DNA from: Edaphobacter aggregans | GTDB taxonomy: Bacteria; Acidobacteriota; Terriglobia; Terriglobales; Acidobacteriaceae | Reading direction: 5' to 3' | Length of the DNA: 64,000 nt | Assembly (NCBI GenBank): GCA_022736715.1 | Contig: DZDJ01000002.1 | Location: forward strand, 26,149 to 90,148 | Shown: positions 1 through 10,025 of the stretch, piece by piece | Layout of the letters: every line of letters begins with the position of its first letter | How positions within the stretch are numbered: the first letter of the stretch is position 1 | Notes under the pieces: model-generated | The model's input: the letters and a program-made list of their open reading frames with translations, nothing else | Database searches by the model: none | What the model was told of the DNA's origin: nothing | Program-made: the position numbers and the translations under genes

Positions 1-258
1 CGGCTGGTGGATGTATTTGCCCGCCGTTTGCAGGTGCAGGAGCGGCTGACGCGGCAGATTGCAGATGCAATTGAAGATGCGATTCAGCCGCAGGGCGTGG
101 GCGTGGTGATGGAAGCGCAGCACCTGTGCATGATGATGCGAGGCGTGGAGAAGCAACACTCCGCCACGGTGACCTCTGCCATGCTGGGTGTGTTTCGCAG
201 CGAGCAGCAGAGCAGAAGCGAGTTTTTGTCGCTGGTGCGGCAGCGCAGTTCCATTTAG
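1..258 (+). CDS. folE: GTP cyclohydrolase I, C-terminal part (5' end outside window)
   Basis: Frame 1 is open from base 1. Translation ...[22 protein letters not shown]...[19 protein letters not shown] matches the conserved FolE C-terminal core as I recall it. Stop at 256-258. Confidence 0.85.
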   Translation, partial: RLVDVFARRLQVQERLTRQIADAIEDAIQPQGVGVVMEAQHLCMMMRGVEKQHSATVTSAMLGVFRSEQQSRSEFLSLVRQRSSI

Positions 259-283
259 TCTGGAAGTGGATTGGGTAAGAAAA

Positions 284-310
284 GGCCCTGCGTCAATGCA
301 GGGCTTTTTT
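284..310 (+). terminator. Rho-independent terminator after folE
   Basis: Stem GCCCTGC (285-291) / GCAGGGC (298-304), 6-nt loop, then TTTTTT (305-310). Confidence 0.7.
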
Positions 311-361
311 ATGGCCTCCAGGAAAATTGCAGAGTACTTTGGGGATGAAATCAGAGGCCGT

Positions 362-1237
362 ATGAATGGATTGATCGTGCTGGACAAGCCAGCCGGAATG
401 ACTTCGCACGATGTTGTGAATGCCGTGCGCAAGGCCACGGGAGAGAAGTCGGTTGGGCATTTGGGGACGCTGGACCCGATGGCGACCGGTGTGTTGCCGC
501 TTCTGCTGGGCAAATATACGCGGCTGGCGCAGTTCTATGGACAGGCGGACAAGACGTATACGGGAACGATCCGCTTTGGTCTTGCAACGGACACGTATGA
601 TGCGGAGGGTGAGCCGGCAGCGGAGGAAAAGCCATTGCAGCTTTCGCTGGAGGCGTTGCAGAAGCTGGCTTCTCGTTTTCATGGCGAGATGGAACAGGTG
701 CCTCCGCCATATTCCGCGAAAAAGATTGAAGGCGTTCCGGCATACAAGCTGGCGCGCGCGGGAAAACAGGTTCCGGTGAGGCCGGCGAAGATTGTGGTCC
801 GTCATTTTGCATTGCTGTCACTGGTGGATGATGCGGCGGCGTTTGAGATGAAGGTCTCTGCCGGTGGATATGTGCGGGCGGTGGCGCACGAACTGGGGCA
901 GATGGCAGGTTGCGGTGCGCATCTGGCAAGTTTGCGCCGAACTTGCGCAGGAGCATTTACGCTGGAGCAGGCCATTTCTGTGGAGGCGATGCAGCAACTG
1001 GGGGCAGCGGGCGAGTTGGAGGCGCATTTGCCGCATCCACGAACCCTGCTGCCGGATATGCCGGGTGTAACGGTGGATGTACAGACGGCGGGCCACATTC
1101 GCAACGGAATGGCGATGAATCTGCCGGAATTTTCGAATGCTCCACTGGTAAAGATTTTCTCTGGTCAGCGCGAGCTGCTGGCGATTGGCAAGCGCATTGC
1201 CGGTACGCTCATTCAACCGATGATTGTGATGGGCTGA
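362..1237 (+). CDS. truB: tRNA pseudouridine(55) synthase
   Basis: Motifs LDKPAGMTSHDVV and GHLGTLDPMATGVLPLLLG (catalytic Asp context of the TruB family). ATG 362 lies just before LDKP and downstream of the folE terminator. ATG 311 is an alternative start. Confidence 0.9.
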   Translation: MNGLIVLDKPAGMTSHDVVNAVRKATGEKSVGHLGTLDPMATGVLPLLLGKYTRLAQFYGQADKTYTGTIRFGLATDTYDAEGEPAAEEKPLQLSLEALQKLASRFHGEMEQVPPPYSAKKIEGVPAYKLARAGKQVPVRPAKIVVRHFALLSLVDDAAAFEMKVSAGGYVRAVAHELGQMAGCGAHLASLRRTCAGAFTLEQAISVEAMQQLGAAGELEAHLPHPRTLLPDMPGVTVDVQTAGHIRNGMAMNLPEFSNAPLVKIFSGQRELLAIGKRIAGTLIQPMIVMG

Positions 1238-1240
1238 GCG

Positions 1241-4120
1241 CTACTTGTGCGTGGGGCTACTGGTCGGACGCTCCAGTGCTTTGGGCAGGCTGAGCAGGTT
1301 GGCAAAGAGCCGATATGCGCCGGGAACACCTTCTGGCAATTGGCGGTAGAGCGCGTACGCTACGTAAACATACGCGCCACGACCATAACGTGCATACAGC
1401 AGACCGCCTTTTTGCGGAGCCTGACCGGGATCGTGCGTTTCGGTCAGCGGTTCGTAGTGGCTGTCCCAGCTTTGCAGGAAGGAGTGGCCGCGCTCTTCTA
1501 TCCAGCCGGAAAAATCCTTCGCACTGATTTTATTGGGCCAGTTCAGAATAGGATTCTGCGGAGCCAATAACTGCACGGTGGAAGTTTCGTCGACTACCTT
1601 CTCCGGCAGTCTGCCCATCGTGTAAGGGTATGGGCCGAAGTCGTGGTCGTACTCGTTGGTGTTGTATTGCACAAGGACGACGCCACCATTGTGCACGTAG
1701 TCAAGCAACTTTCCATTGTAGGCTGATAATTCCGGACGAGCGGCGTAGGCGCGGATGCCGAGCACTAGGACATTAAACTGCTGCAAATCGCTGCTGGTAA
1801 TTTCCTCCGCGCTCAACAGATGCACATGCTCACCTATATCTTCGAGGGCCTGCGGCACTTCGTCTCCGGTTCCCATGATGTAGCCAATGCGCAGCCCTGG
1901 GGCCACTTTTACGTTGACTCCGGTGGCCTTGTACGTCGCAGAGCGATAGGCATTGTATGGCCGCACGCCGGGGTAGCCGACGGTGACATAACCAGTGGTG
2001 TATTGCCGGCCAGCGTAGTCTGCAACAGCAGTGATGGCGTAGGCCCTCTCCTGCAAGTGCAGTGGAGTGACGTTGAAGCAGATATTTTGATCTTCGCCAT
2101 CTTTGCTGGTTTGGAAATGAACCGCTGCTGGTTTGCTGGTCCAACCAAGGGGCAGTTGCAGGTGCAGCGAGCCTGTGGCGGGGCCTTTTACGTTGGAATG
2201 CAGCTTGACTGTCAAGGTAAATCCTGTGCTGCTGAGCGGCAGAATGCCAGCATGGGGAGCAATGCCCACGGAGATTGCGGGCGCAATCACAAGCGGTTGA
2301 TACACGTCGCCCGCGCCGGTAACGTGTTCGGAGCTCTGCACATCCTGCCCCAGGCGAAAATGGACGCCGTTATAAGTGAGGTCTGCCCATGCCTCCAGCG
2401 GATAGGGCGGCAGCGATTGATTCAGATATTGTGGATCGTCGATGTCATAGTAGGGTTGTTCCATATTGCTGCGATGGAAGTATGCCTGCGTGGCGTGGGC
2501 ATCTGCTCCGACGGTGACGTGGAAACGGCTGGATGCCGGGTGGTTGTTTTGCAATGGGCCGCTGGCAACTGCTTCCGGCGTGATGGTCCAGTGTTCATCG
2601 GCAGGCGAATGCAGAGAAATCGCGCTGATTTCCACGGGATCTCCCCCGGCATGATTGAGCAGCACGGTGACCGGGAAACTCTGACCAGGGATGGCTGTTG
2701 TAAATGCGGACGTATGTTCAGCGAAGTCGACGGTTGCCAGCAGCGTGATTGCGAGCGCTTCGACGAGTGCGCTGTTGAACTGCACCTGCTTGATATGGAG
2801 TTCGTGCAGGATGTTGTATTTCTCGCTGGCCGTCAGATTGCTTTGCTGCACCTGCTGCATCAAGGCCTGCGTTGCGCGCAGGCCGGAAGCGAGCTCCGGT
2901 GCAATGCGCTCTGTATCGGTTGCGGAGTAGTCTCGCATGGCCTGTTCGACCAGCGCACTGATCTGCTCCAGCCCACGATCGAGAAATGGGTGTGTCCCAT
3001 GTGCGAGTGCGGCGATACCGGCAAGGGAGGTATCAATGCCGTCGAAACAGGAGTTTTCTGTAGTTTTTACTGGAACCAGCGAACCATAGAGGTGGTAGGG
3101 AACATCCACCTGTCCCGCGAAAGGGACACCAGTCCCGCCGTTCTGTGATTTCTGCATGCCCAGCCCGCGGCGGGCAAATTGAAAGTAGGATGCGCCGAGC
3201 AGCGGAGCATAGGCGCCTTCCGGAATGACCACGTTGGTTGCTGGCACGCTCATCGACCACTGTTTAGTAATGTAGTTGTAGAAGCGCACCGGAGCATATT
3301 GCCCGGTTGCGTAGTCAAACATGCCCCCGGCAGAGATGGAATAGGTTGGTACACGCGCGTACACCTTGAGCGGCGTCCAGGGAAGCAGCCCTGCCTTGAT
3401 CTGATCAGGAAAAACATTCGGATCGCCAGCGGCGTGAAATGCCTCCTGCGCCATTTGGCCCGCAACCTGATGCTGGCCATGGCCATCTGCGATGCCGCCA
3501 ACGAAAACCGATGTCAGTACCAGTGGCCGCTCGATGCGGATGGCACGTACAACATCGTATAGAACGCGATCATATCCCCAAAGGCGCAGCGACTCTTCAC
3601 GCGTCTTGGAAAATCCGAAGTCGGCAACGCGGGTCCAGTACTGATGGACTCCGTAATAGCGGTCGGCTGCAAGCAGTTCCTGTGTGCGCAGCAGGCCAAG
3701 CTGGCCCCAGGAATCGTCTGACATCAGGTTCTGCCCGCCTTCGCCACGGTTGAGTGTTAGCAGCGAAACGCGCACGCCCTGGCCGCGAGACTCATAGGTG
3801 AGCATGCCGCCATCTTCGTCGTCAGGATGCGCGGTAATCATCATGAGGCTGGCGCGAGTGTGCAGCTTCTGGAGGGTCTGCCACAGGGCTGCGGCTCCGC
3901 GATCGGCTGCGAGCGGCTGCACGCTGGCTGCTGCGGCGAAGGTGGTTTGCTCCGGGGTCTGCGCAGTGAGTGCAGAAGGGGAAAACAGCGCAAATACAGA
4001 AAGCACGCTCACGGAGACGAAGAAACCCGCCCATTGCAGACGGGAGCTACTACGATGGCCGCGACCGGAGATGTCTGGCAGCGAAGGCAGATGAGCAGGC
4101 AGGCGGCGGGCAATGTTCAT
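1241..4120 (-). CDS. large secreted PIG-L/LmbE-family deacetylase domain protein
   Basis: 976-aa ORF. ITAHPDDEDGGMLTY is the LmbE/PIG-L metal-binding motif, placed after a signal-like hydrophobic segment. The C-terminal part (FNVLVLGIRAY...GGVVLVQYN) resembles a ThuA/GATase-like domain. ATG 4120 (MNIARRLP) is preferred over the ORF maximum at 4171. Confidence 0.75.
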   Translation of the reverse strand: MNIARRLPAHLPSLPDISGRGHRSSSRLQWAGFFVSVSVLSVFALFSPSALTAQTPEQTTFAAAASVQPLAADRGAAALWQTLQKLHTRASLMMITAHPDDEDGGMLTYESRGQGVRVSLLTLNRGEGGQNLMSDDSWGQLGLLRTQELLAADRYYGVHQYWTRVADFGFSKTREESLRLWGYDRVLYDVVRAIRIERPLVLTSVFVGGIADGHGQHQVAGQMAQEAFHAAGDPNVFPDQIKAGLLPWTPLKVYARVPTYSISAGGMFDYATGQYAPVRFYNYITKQWSMSVPATNVVIPEGAYAPLLGASYFQFARRGLGMQKSQNGGTGVPFAGQVDVPYHLYGSLVPVKTTENSCFDGIDTSLAGIAALAHGTHPFLDRGLEQISALVEQAMRDYSATDTERIAPELASGLRATQALMQQVQQSNLTASEKYNILHELHIKQVQFNSALVEALAITLLATVDFAEHTSAFTTAIPGQSFPVTVLLNHAGGDPVEISAISLHSPADEHWTITPEAVASGPLQNNHPASSRFHVTVGADAHATQAYFHRSNMEQPYYDIDDPQYLNQSLPPYPLEAWADLTYNGVHFRLGQDVQSSEHVTGAGDVYQPLVIAPAISVGIAPHAGILPLSSTGFTLTVKLHSNVKGPATGSLHLQLPLGWTSKPAAVHFQTSKDGEDQNICFNVTPLHLQERAYAITAVADYAGRQYTTGYVTVGYPGVRPYNAYRSATYKATGVNVKVAPGLRIGYIMGTGDEVPQALEDIGEHVHLLSAEEITSSDLQQFNVLVLGIRAYAARPELSAYNGKLLDYVHNGGVVLVQYNTNEYDHDFGPYPYTMGRLPEKVVDETSTVQLLAPQNPILNWPNKISAKDFSGWIEERGHSFLQSWDSHYEPLTETHDPGQAPQKGGLLYARYGRGAYVYVAYALYRQLPEGVPGAYRLFANLLSLPKALERPTSSPTHK

Positions 4121-4331
4121 AAGAATGAGATGAGTTTCAACTGAGATTCGATCCGTAAGAAGCAGAACCATTCCTTGCAGGACAAGGCAAACCTCATGGT
4201 CTCATGCTTGTCCGGGCAAGGGAAGCATTCATGTGATATGTCGGCCTGGAGTGCAGACCCGGTATGATGAGCTGCAGGCGCACCACTGCCAGAATTTCTC
4301 AGGACGGAGTTCGCGGTTTGTGTCGAATCCT

Positions 4332-5810
4332 ATGAGGCAGACGAAGCAGCAGGCAGAGCAACAGCCTGCGCTGGTACGTGGCATTGGGCTGGGCAATGCC
4401 ATTGCATTGAACGTGAACAACATGATTGGTGTTGGCCCGTTCATTACGCTGCCGCTGGTGATTCTGGCCATGCATGGGCCGCAGGCGATTCTGGGATGGA
4501 TTCTGGGCGCGGTGCTGGCGGTGTGCGATGGACTGGTGTGGGCGGAGCTGGGTGCGGCCATGCCGGAGGCAGGCGGTTCGTATGCCTTCTTGCGAAGAAT
4601 CTATGGGGCAGATAAGGCCGGCCGATGGATTGCCTTTCTTTACATCTGGCAACTGACCTTTAGCGCGCCGCTTTCGATCGCTTCCGGCTGTGTGGGGCTG
4701 GCGCAGTATGCAGGATATTTATTTCCGGTGCTGCGCAGAATTGATTTTGCGTATCAGCTGCCGTTGGAGATTCCCTTTGCCGGCAGCTTCCATGTGGCGA
4801 TTCTGCTGGGCCCGGCAACTCTGGTTGCGATGGGGAGCTGCGCGCTGGCGGTGGCGCTGCTGTATCGCAACATCCGGAGTGTTGGCGGTGTTTCACAGTG
4901 GCTGCTGGTGGGGGTGTTGCTGACGCTGGGGGCGATGATCTTTGCCGGCATGACGCATTTCCACGCACATCTGGCTTTTGCTTTTCCTCCGGGTGCGTTT
5001 CATCTTTCTACGGCCTTTCTGGAAGGTCTGGGCGCGGCCATGCTGATTACGACTTACGACTACTGGGGTGCATACAACATCTGTTTTCTGGGTGGAGAGG
5101 TGCGCAGTCCTGGACGCACGATTCCTCGCTCTATCTTATGGTCGATTGTGCTCGTGGCGGCGCTGTACCTGCTGATGAATATCAGCGTGCTGGGCGTGAT
5201 TCCCTGGCAGGATCTGGTGGGCCGGGCCGGTGCGGAGGAGCGGCTGTCGGTGGCGGCGGTCTTTATGCAGCGCATTTACGGAACTCTGGCTGGGCAGGGA
5301 ATCGCCCTGCTGGTGATCTGGACGGCCTTCGCTTCCGTGTACTCGCTGTTGTTGGGATACTCGCGCGTGCCTTATGCCGCGGCACTGGATGGCAACTACT
5401 TCCGCATCTTTGCGCGCGTGCATCCGAAATACAAGTTTCCAAACCTTTCACTGTTGTTGCTGGGCGGGCTGGCCATGCTGTTCTGTACGCTCCAACTGAC
5501 GGACCTGGTGGCGGCACTTGTCATTATTCGAATTCTGTTGCAGTTCCTGCTGCAGCAGGTGGGACTGATTGTGCTGCGCTTTACCCAGCCGGATCTGCCA
5601 AGGCCGTTTCGTGTCTGGCTCTACCCGCTGCCGCCCTTGTTGGCCTGTGCCGGCTTTTTGTACATCCTGCTGGAGCGGCCTGCATTTCAGCGGGAGATTT
5701 TTTATGCGGTTGTTCTGGTGCTGGTGGGGTCGGCGATCTATCTGGTGCGGGCATTTGTGCAGAAGGAGTGGCCATTTGCTGCGCGGCCAACGGTAGCGCA
5801 GCCGGACTGA
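4332..5810 (+). CDS. APC-family amino acid/polyamine permease
   Basis: Polytopic membrane ORF. The N-terminal GNAIALNVNNMIGVGPFITLP segment is typical of APC permeases. ATG 4332 (MRQTKQQ) chosen. Confidence 0.85.
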   Translation: MRQTKQQAEQQPALVRGIGLGNAIALNVNNMIGVGPFITLPLVILAMHGPQAILGWILGAVLAVCDGLVWAELGAAMPEAGGSYAFLRRIYGADKAGRWIAFLYIWQLTFSAPLSIASGCVGLAQYAGYLFPVLRRIDFAYQLPLEIPFAGSFHVAILLGPATLVAMGSCALAVALLYRNIRSVGGVSQWLLVGVLLTLGAMIFAGMTHFHAHLAFAFPPGAFHLSTAFLEGLGAAMLITTYDYWGAYNICFLGGEVRSPGRTIPRSILWSIVLVAALYLLMNISVLGVIPWQDLVGRAGAEERLSVAAVFMQRIYGTLAGQGIALLVIWTAFASVYSLLLGYSRVPYAAALDGNYFRIFARVHPKYKFPNLSLLLLGGLAMLFCTLQLTDLVAALVIIRILLQFLLQQVGLIVLRFTQPDLPRPFRVWLYPLPPLLACAGFLYILLERPAFQREIFYAVVLVLVGSAIYLVRAFVQKEWPFAARPTVAQPD

Positions 5811-5832
5811 TGCTTCGGAAGCAGACGGAAGA

Positions 5833-6552
5833 TTATTTGCCCGGTTCCTGGTTCTGCTGTTGCTGGCGGGGCGGATGCGGCGGGGGCAGATATGGCTCGA
5901 CCGCCAGCAGATGATTGAGCACATCCCGCTCATGGTCAGAAAATTGACCATGGAATCGCCGAGAATTGAGCAGCGCCCGTCGTTGCTGTGGCGGCATCTC
6001 CCGCATATCGCGGAAGGCCTTGCCAACAAGCCTGCGGCGGTCAGGCGGCAGACTGCCGAACCGCAGGATTGCGCCACGAACATCTTGCCGTTGCTGCGGC
6101 GTCAGACGTTCCATGGCTTCAATGCGGTTCAGATAACGCTGACGCTCCTGCGGTGGCATGGCATTGAGCTGGCGCAGGCGCTCGCGCATCCGGTCCTGCA
6201 TGGCTGGTGGAAGCCGGTTGAATCCAGGCTCTTCTGACAGCGCTTTTTCCTGCTCTGCCAGAGGGAGGTCCTGATGCTGCTGCAGCCACTGGTTCAGGTG
6301 CTCCCGCCGGCGTGCCCGGTTCTGCTGCCGTTGCTCTCGCCGCTGCTGTATACGAACTTGTGCTGGCCCTGGAGCCCAGAAGCGGCCGCTGCGCGCGAAC
6401 GCATCCTGTGCAGTGAGCAGCATGGGCAGAAAAAGCGCGGCCGCCAGCAACACAGCTTTCCAGCGTGTACACAGCAGGTCTGGCGGACGCATTTTGTGCC
6501 GATCGTGCATGGGCGTCAGGGAAGTATTTTCGTCGTCGCTGTTTTCCGGCAA
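5833..6552 (-). CDS. DUF3106-like secreted Arg/Gln-rich repeat protein
   Basis: Signal-like MRPPDLLCTRWKAVLLAAALFLPMLLTAQDAFA (probable true start near 6492). Repeated xPPxxRxRxxxRL helices (LPPAMQDRMRERLRQLNAMPPQERQRYL; LTPQQRQDV; MPPQQRRALL). Last gene of the sigma/anti-sigma operon. Confidence 0.6.
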   Translation of the reverse strand: MPENSDDENTSLTPMHDRHKMRPPDLLCTRWKAVLLAAALFLPMLLTAQDAFARSGRFWAPGPAQVRIQQRREQRQQNRARRREHLNQWLQQHQDLPLAEQEKALSEEPGFNRLPPAMQDRMRERLRQLNAMPPQERQRYLNRIEAMERLTPQQRQDVRGAILRFGSLPPDRRRLVGKAFRDMREMPPQQRRALLNSRRFHGQFSDHERDVLNHLLAVEPYLPPPHPPRQQQQNQEPGK

Positions 6553-6598
6553 AGAAACCGGAGATTCTGTGAGACCATTCTATTCCGTACGGTCCTTA

Positions 6599-7114
6599 CT
6601 AGGGATTGAGAGCAGCAGCACTGCTATTGGATCCGTTTCCTGAGCCATCGTCCTGCAGCAGCGCATCCATCTGCTCAAAGACCTGCGCGTTTCTGTCCAG
6701 ACTTTGCAGGTCCAGTATGGTTGCGGACGCCTGCGCCTGCGGCGCATGATGCCACTGGTGCATCAGATCAGCGTAAGTGCCGCCGCCAACCAAAACCAGC
6801 AGTGCCAGGGTGCTGACCAGCAATGGCCTCCAGCCCATCCGGTCTCCGAACAGCATGCGCGCACGCATACGCTCAAAAAGGCCCATCGACGGAGCAGAAC
6901 GCTCTTCGCGAAGGCGCGCGGCCATGCGGGTATCAAAATAGGCAGTTGGCTCCGGCGCATGCCAGTCATTCAGCAATGTCACGGTGGAGCGCAGGGCAGA
7001 GAGTTCTTCACGACAGTCAGAGCACTGCTCAATATGCAGGCGCAGCGCCGCAGGAGCCTTTTCCGGCCCAAAGAGTACTTCCGGCAGTCGATTTTTATAG
7101 TCTACGCAGCTCAT
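6599..7114 (-). CDS. anti-sigma factor (zf-HC2 type), single-pass membrane protein
   Basis: N-terminal H-x3-C-x2-C pattern (LHIEQCSDCREEL) and one TM segment (LLVSTLALLVLVGGG). Directly downstream of the ECF sigma gene. Confidence 0.7.
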   Translation of the reverse strand: MSCVDYKNRLPEVLFGPEKAPAALRLHIEQCSDCREELSALRSTVTLLNDWHAPEPTAYFDTRMAARLREERSAPSMGLFERMRARMLFGDRMGWRPLLVSTLALLVLVGGGTYADLMHQWHHAPQAQASATILDLQSLDRNAQVFEQMDALLQDDGSGNGSNSSAAALNP

Positions 7115-7201
7115 CGTTTTTCACCTGAAATCTGCATTCCCTGTCTCATGCGCGTCTTTTCGGGGGTAATCCGGTCTGCACGCTCTTTTACTACCTTACA
7201 C

Positions 7202-8152
7202 TTACACAAAATCTTTCAGCCGCTCCCGCAATGTCTGATATGCGCGAAAAAGCAACGACTTGGTGGCCGATTCGCTCACCTTGAGCACTTCGCCAATCTG
7301 TTTGTAGTCCATTTCCTGATATTTGTGCATCAGCACAGCCATGCGCTGCCTCTCCGGCAGAGCCATCACATGCTGGCGAATCGCATTCTGCCGTTCCCGG
7401 TGCAAAATCGACTGTTCCGCGCCTGGGCTGCCATCGGCGAGATCCGGAGTGGTTCCGGTCCTGGCATCCGGCTCGTCCAGATATACGTTCGACGCTGCCC
7501 GCTCGTAACGGGTATCGCGCGCGTGGTTGACGCCAAGGTTGGTGGCGATGCGGTACAACCAGGTGCTGAAGCGGGCCTCAGCGCGGTAGGTCTGCCGCGA
7601 ACGGTAGACGCGGAGAAATACCTCCTGCGCCAACTCCTCTGCCACCGCCTGGTTGTGCACCATGCGGTACATGAACCGCACAATGGGACGCTGATATTTG
7701 GCAATCAGAAAATCGAACCCGGCATCCTCGCCCTCGCGGACACGTAGCATGATTTCGGCATCCGTCAACTGCGCCCAGAGAGCGTGCGACGCCACCAATG
7801 GGCCATGGGCAAAGTCGCGCTCCGCCGATACGTCGAGCGGCATGTTGGGCGATGCATCCAGCGGTCGATTGAGAACCAGGGTGGCCATGTCCTCTATAAC
7901 CCCGTCCGGGCCTTCGGGTTGCGGAAAATCCTCAGAAACATCGTAGTTTGCCAGGTCAGCCACTGCTTCGGGGTTCTCGCTCAGAAAGCCTTTGGAGTCC
8001 TGCTTGCCGAAAATCTGCTGTTTTTCAGCAAATTTCCACGTTATGGCCTCTCCTGAAGGGGTGTTTTCCTGTGCGGGAGCATCAGCGGCCCCGGAACCCG
8101 ACCGTTTGGGGTCATTTTCCTGCGAAGCCGGCAAATGAGAAAAAGATGGCAT
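7202..8152 (-). CDS. ECF-type RNA polymerase sigma-70 factor with long N-terminal extension
   Basis: The C-terminal ~190 aa carry region 2 (FDFLIAKYQRPIVRFMYRMV, ELAQEVFLRVY) and region 4 (LPERQRMAVLMHKYQEMDYKQIGEVLKVSESATKSLLFRA). The start is uncertain: internal Met codons at residues ~90 and ~104. Confidence 0.85.
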   Translation of the reverse strand: MPSFSHLPASQENDPKRSGSGAADAPAQENTPSGEAITWKFAEKQQIFGKQDSKGFLSENPEAVADLANYDVSEDFPQPEGPDGVIEDMATLVLNRPLDASPNMPLDVSAERDFAHGPLVASHALWAQLTDAEIMLRVREGEDAGFDFLIAKYQRPIVRFMYRMVHNQAVAEELAQEVFLRVYRSRQTYRAEARFSTWLYRIATNLGVNHARDTRYERAASNVYLDEPDARTGTTPDLADGSPGAEQSILHRERQNAIRQHVMALPERQRMAVLMHKYQEMDYKQIGEVLKVSESATKSLLFRAYQTLRERLKDFV

Positions 8153-8325
8153 CCTGTACGCGCCATTGTATCGTGCGGCAACAGAAAACAGCCGGTGAAG
8201 GAATCACTTTCGCGTCAGATGTTTATGGGAAATAAAACGGTTTGCACCGCCCGGTTTGGCATAAAGCACACGACAGTGGTATCCTCAGTAAGTACCATTG
8301 ATTGGTTGCAGTTATCCAACCTCAT

Positions 8326-8400
8326 GGGCGCATAACTCAGCGGTAGAGTGCCACCTTCACACGGTGGAAGTCGTAGGTTCGAATCCTGCTGTGCCCACCA
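8326..8400 (+). tRNA. tRNA-Val (anticodon CAC)
   Basis: Cloverleaf folded by hand. Acceptor GGGCGCA/TGTGCCC, anticodon stem CCACC/GGTGG with loop TTCACAC, T-arm GTAGGTTCGAATCCTGC, encoded CCA at 8398-8400. Confidence 0.95.
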
Positions 8401-8953
8401 TAAAATCAATAATTTACAGGCATGAGTTCCGCAAAGTTTGTGGCATTTTGTGGCAAATCTGAGAGCGGCTGCTTTTCTTCCGCCTGTTCTCGCAATACTC
8501 CTTTCATCAACGATCAGCTATGCCGGGCCGATGCAGGTTGCGGTGCGGAGCGGCTTCCGCGTCGACATAAAGAAAGCAGTATGTCTGAACTGTAAACAGT
8601 AAGGGAGGAACAGGAAAAAGCTGTTTTCCGTTCTCGCCTACAGATCAGACCTGCATACATGGAATTCAGGCTGCCATGCCTGTTTCAATAGATTCGATAT
8701 TTCAGCCACTGACTGGCCAGAATCACAGTAGATCGTTTCTCAGCTCAACACAGAATCTCTCCTGTTCGTATGCCGCCGGATCGCGGACTCTTTGCTCATT
8801 ACCGTTACAGCATTCGCAGGTTTGGCCGGGCCGCAAAGGGTCGTCGCCTGGGCGGAGTTTTAGAAATTGAAGGAAATTCAGCAGATCGAACAGATTTTGC
8901 AAGAATGCCTTGCGGGAATTTGGGAATCTGGTACTGTGGACTATCCAGATGCT

Positions 8954-9325
8954 ATGGAGAACGATCGGTACATAACGTTGGTCGTGCTTCTTGTTGGAGC
9001 CGTTGCCTTTGCCGTGGCCCCATTAGCTCTGGCTTGGCTATGGGCGCGGGTATTTTCACCATCGAAGCCCGGCCCAGAGAAAAATGCCATTTATGAATGC
9101 GGTTTGGAATCTACAGGGGATGCCTGGATTCAGTTTCAACCAGGCTATTACCTATACGCCATTGTCTTCCTCGTTTTTGATGTCGAAGCTATTTTCTTGC
9201 TTCCTATGGCAGTCGCATTCAAGGGGCTTTCTGTCCAGGAATGTGTGGCAGCGCTGGTCTTTCTTCTGTTGCTGGTAGAGGGGTTACTGTGGGCCTACCA
9301 GAAAAAGGTATTTGATTGGTCATAA
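8954..9325 (+). CDS. nuoA: NADH-quinone oxidoreductase subunit A
   Basis: 3-TM ORF with the [10 protein letters not shown]...[13 protein letters not shown] motif of NuoA/ND3. ATG 8954 is preferred to TTG 8867. Confidence 0.9.
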   Translation: MENDRYITLVVLLVGAVAFAVAPLALAWLWARVFSPSKPGPEKNAIYECGLESTGDAWIQFQPGYYLYAIVFLVFDVEAIFLLPMAVAFKGLSVQECVAALVFLLLLVEGLLWAYQKKVFDWS

Positions 9326-9383
9326 AGAAGAATGGTCTGTTTTGTGGTTGACTCTGAAAACTGGGATGCGAGGTGTTCGTGGT

Positions 9384-10025
9384 ATGGAGGAACAACTCAA
9401 ACAGGAACTAGGCAAGCAGGGAATTTTCGTTACAACGCTGCAGAGCCTTTATAACTGGGGCCGTAAAAATTCCTTATGGCCACTCAATTTCGGCCTGGCT
9501 TGTTGTGCCATAGAAATGATCGCTTCGACGATGGCGCGCTACGATCTGGCGCGGTTTGGCGCAGAAGTTTTTCGGGCCTCTCCGCGACAAGCGGACCTGA
9601 TGATCGTCGCAGGGACTATCACCAAGAAAATGGCCCCGCAGGTGGTACGCCTCTATAACCAGATGCCAGAGCCAAAATATGTTATTTCGATGGGGGCGTG
9701 TGCTATTTCCGGCGGACCTTTCAAGCAGGGATATAACGTACTCAAGGGAATTGATCGCTACATTCCGGTGGATATTTATATTCCTGGCTGCCCGCCCCGG
9801 CCAGAGGCATTGATTGATGCACTGATGGCCCTGCAGCGTAAGATCGATGCGCAGCATCTGACTGGTAAAAGTAGACCACGGCACCTGAAAGCCGATGAAC
9901 CAAGTGAATTTCCAGTGCCAAAATTTGGCGAGCACGATCTGGAGCCGCCGCAAAACCCGGCTATATGGCACCCCCCTTTAGTGCAGATCAAACTGGCAGG
10001 CAAACATGAATCTGGAAGCGATTAA
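9384..10025 (+). CDS. nuoB: NADH-quinone oxidoreductase subunit B
   Basis: [25 protein letters not shown] and IPGCPPRPE carry the N2-cluster Cys ligands. A ~60-aa C-terminal tail extends beyond the conserved core. Confidence 0.9.
   Translation: MEEQLKQELGKQGIFVTTLQSLYNWGRKNSLWPLNFGLACCAIEMIASTMARYDLARFGAEVFRASPRQADLMIVAGTITKKMAPQVVRLYNQMPEPKYVISMGACAISGGPFKQGYNVLKGIDRYIPVDIYIPGCPPRPEALIDALMALQRKIDAQHLTGKSRPRHLKADEPSEFPVPKFGEHDLEPPQNPAIWHPPLVQIKLAGKHESGSD

Noticed and set aside
1820-3148. 442-aa plus-strand ORF, together with similar long ORFs at 6704-7747, 22435-23427, 32082-33047, 40301-41125, 54241-55191 and 58269-59126
   Set aside because: All are antisense to well-supported genes (PIG-L protein, sigma/anti-sigma, aguB, dipeptidase, GH42, CorC, WcaI-like) and have compositionally biased translations. 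I treat them as non-coding shadows.
8326-8400. tRNA-Val and tRNA-Lys (42003-42078) as integration sites with duplicated att half-sites bounding the low-GC blocks
   Set aside because: I found no direct repeat of either tRNA 3' end at the far side of the blocks (near 21336-21380 or 48538-48600), and no integrase gene. The island idea is kept only as a low-confidence composition observation.
8441-8455. TGGCATTTTGTGGCA just downstream of tRNA-Val, reminiscent of a sigma-54 -24/-12 element or a tandem 9-mer repeat (TTTGTGGCA x2)
   Set aside because: The GG-to-GC spacing is one base short of the strict sigma-54 spacing, the -12 part is TGGCA rather than TTGCA, and the site is ~500 bp from the nearest start codon.
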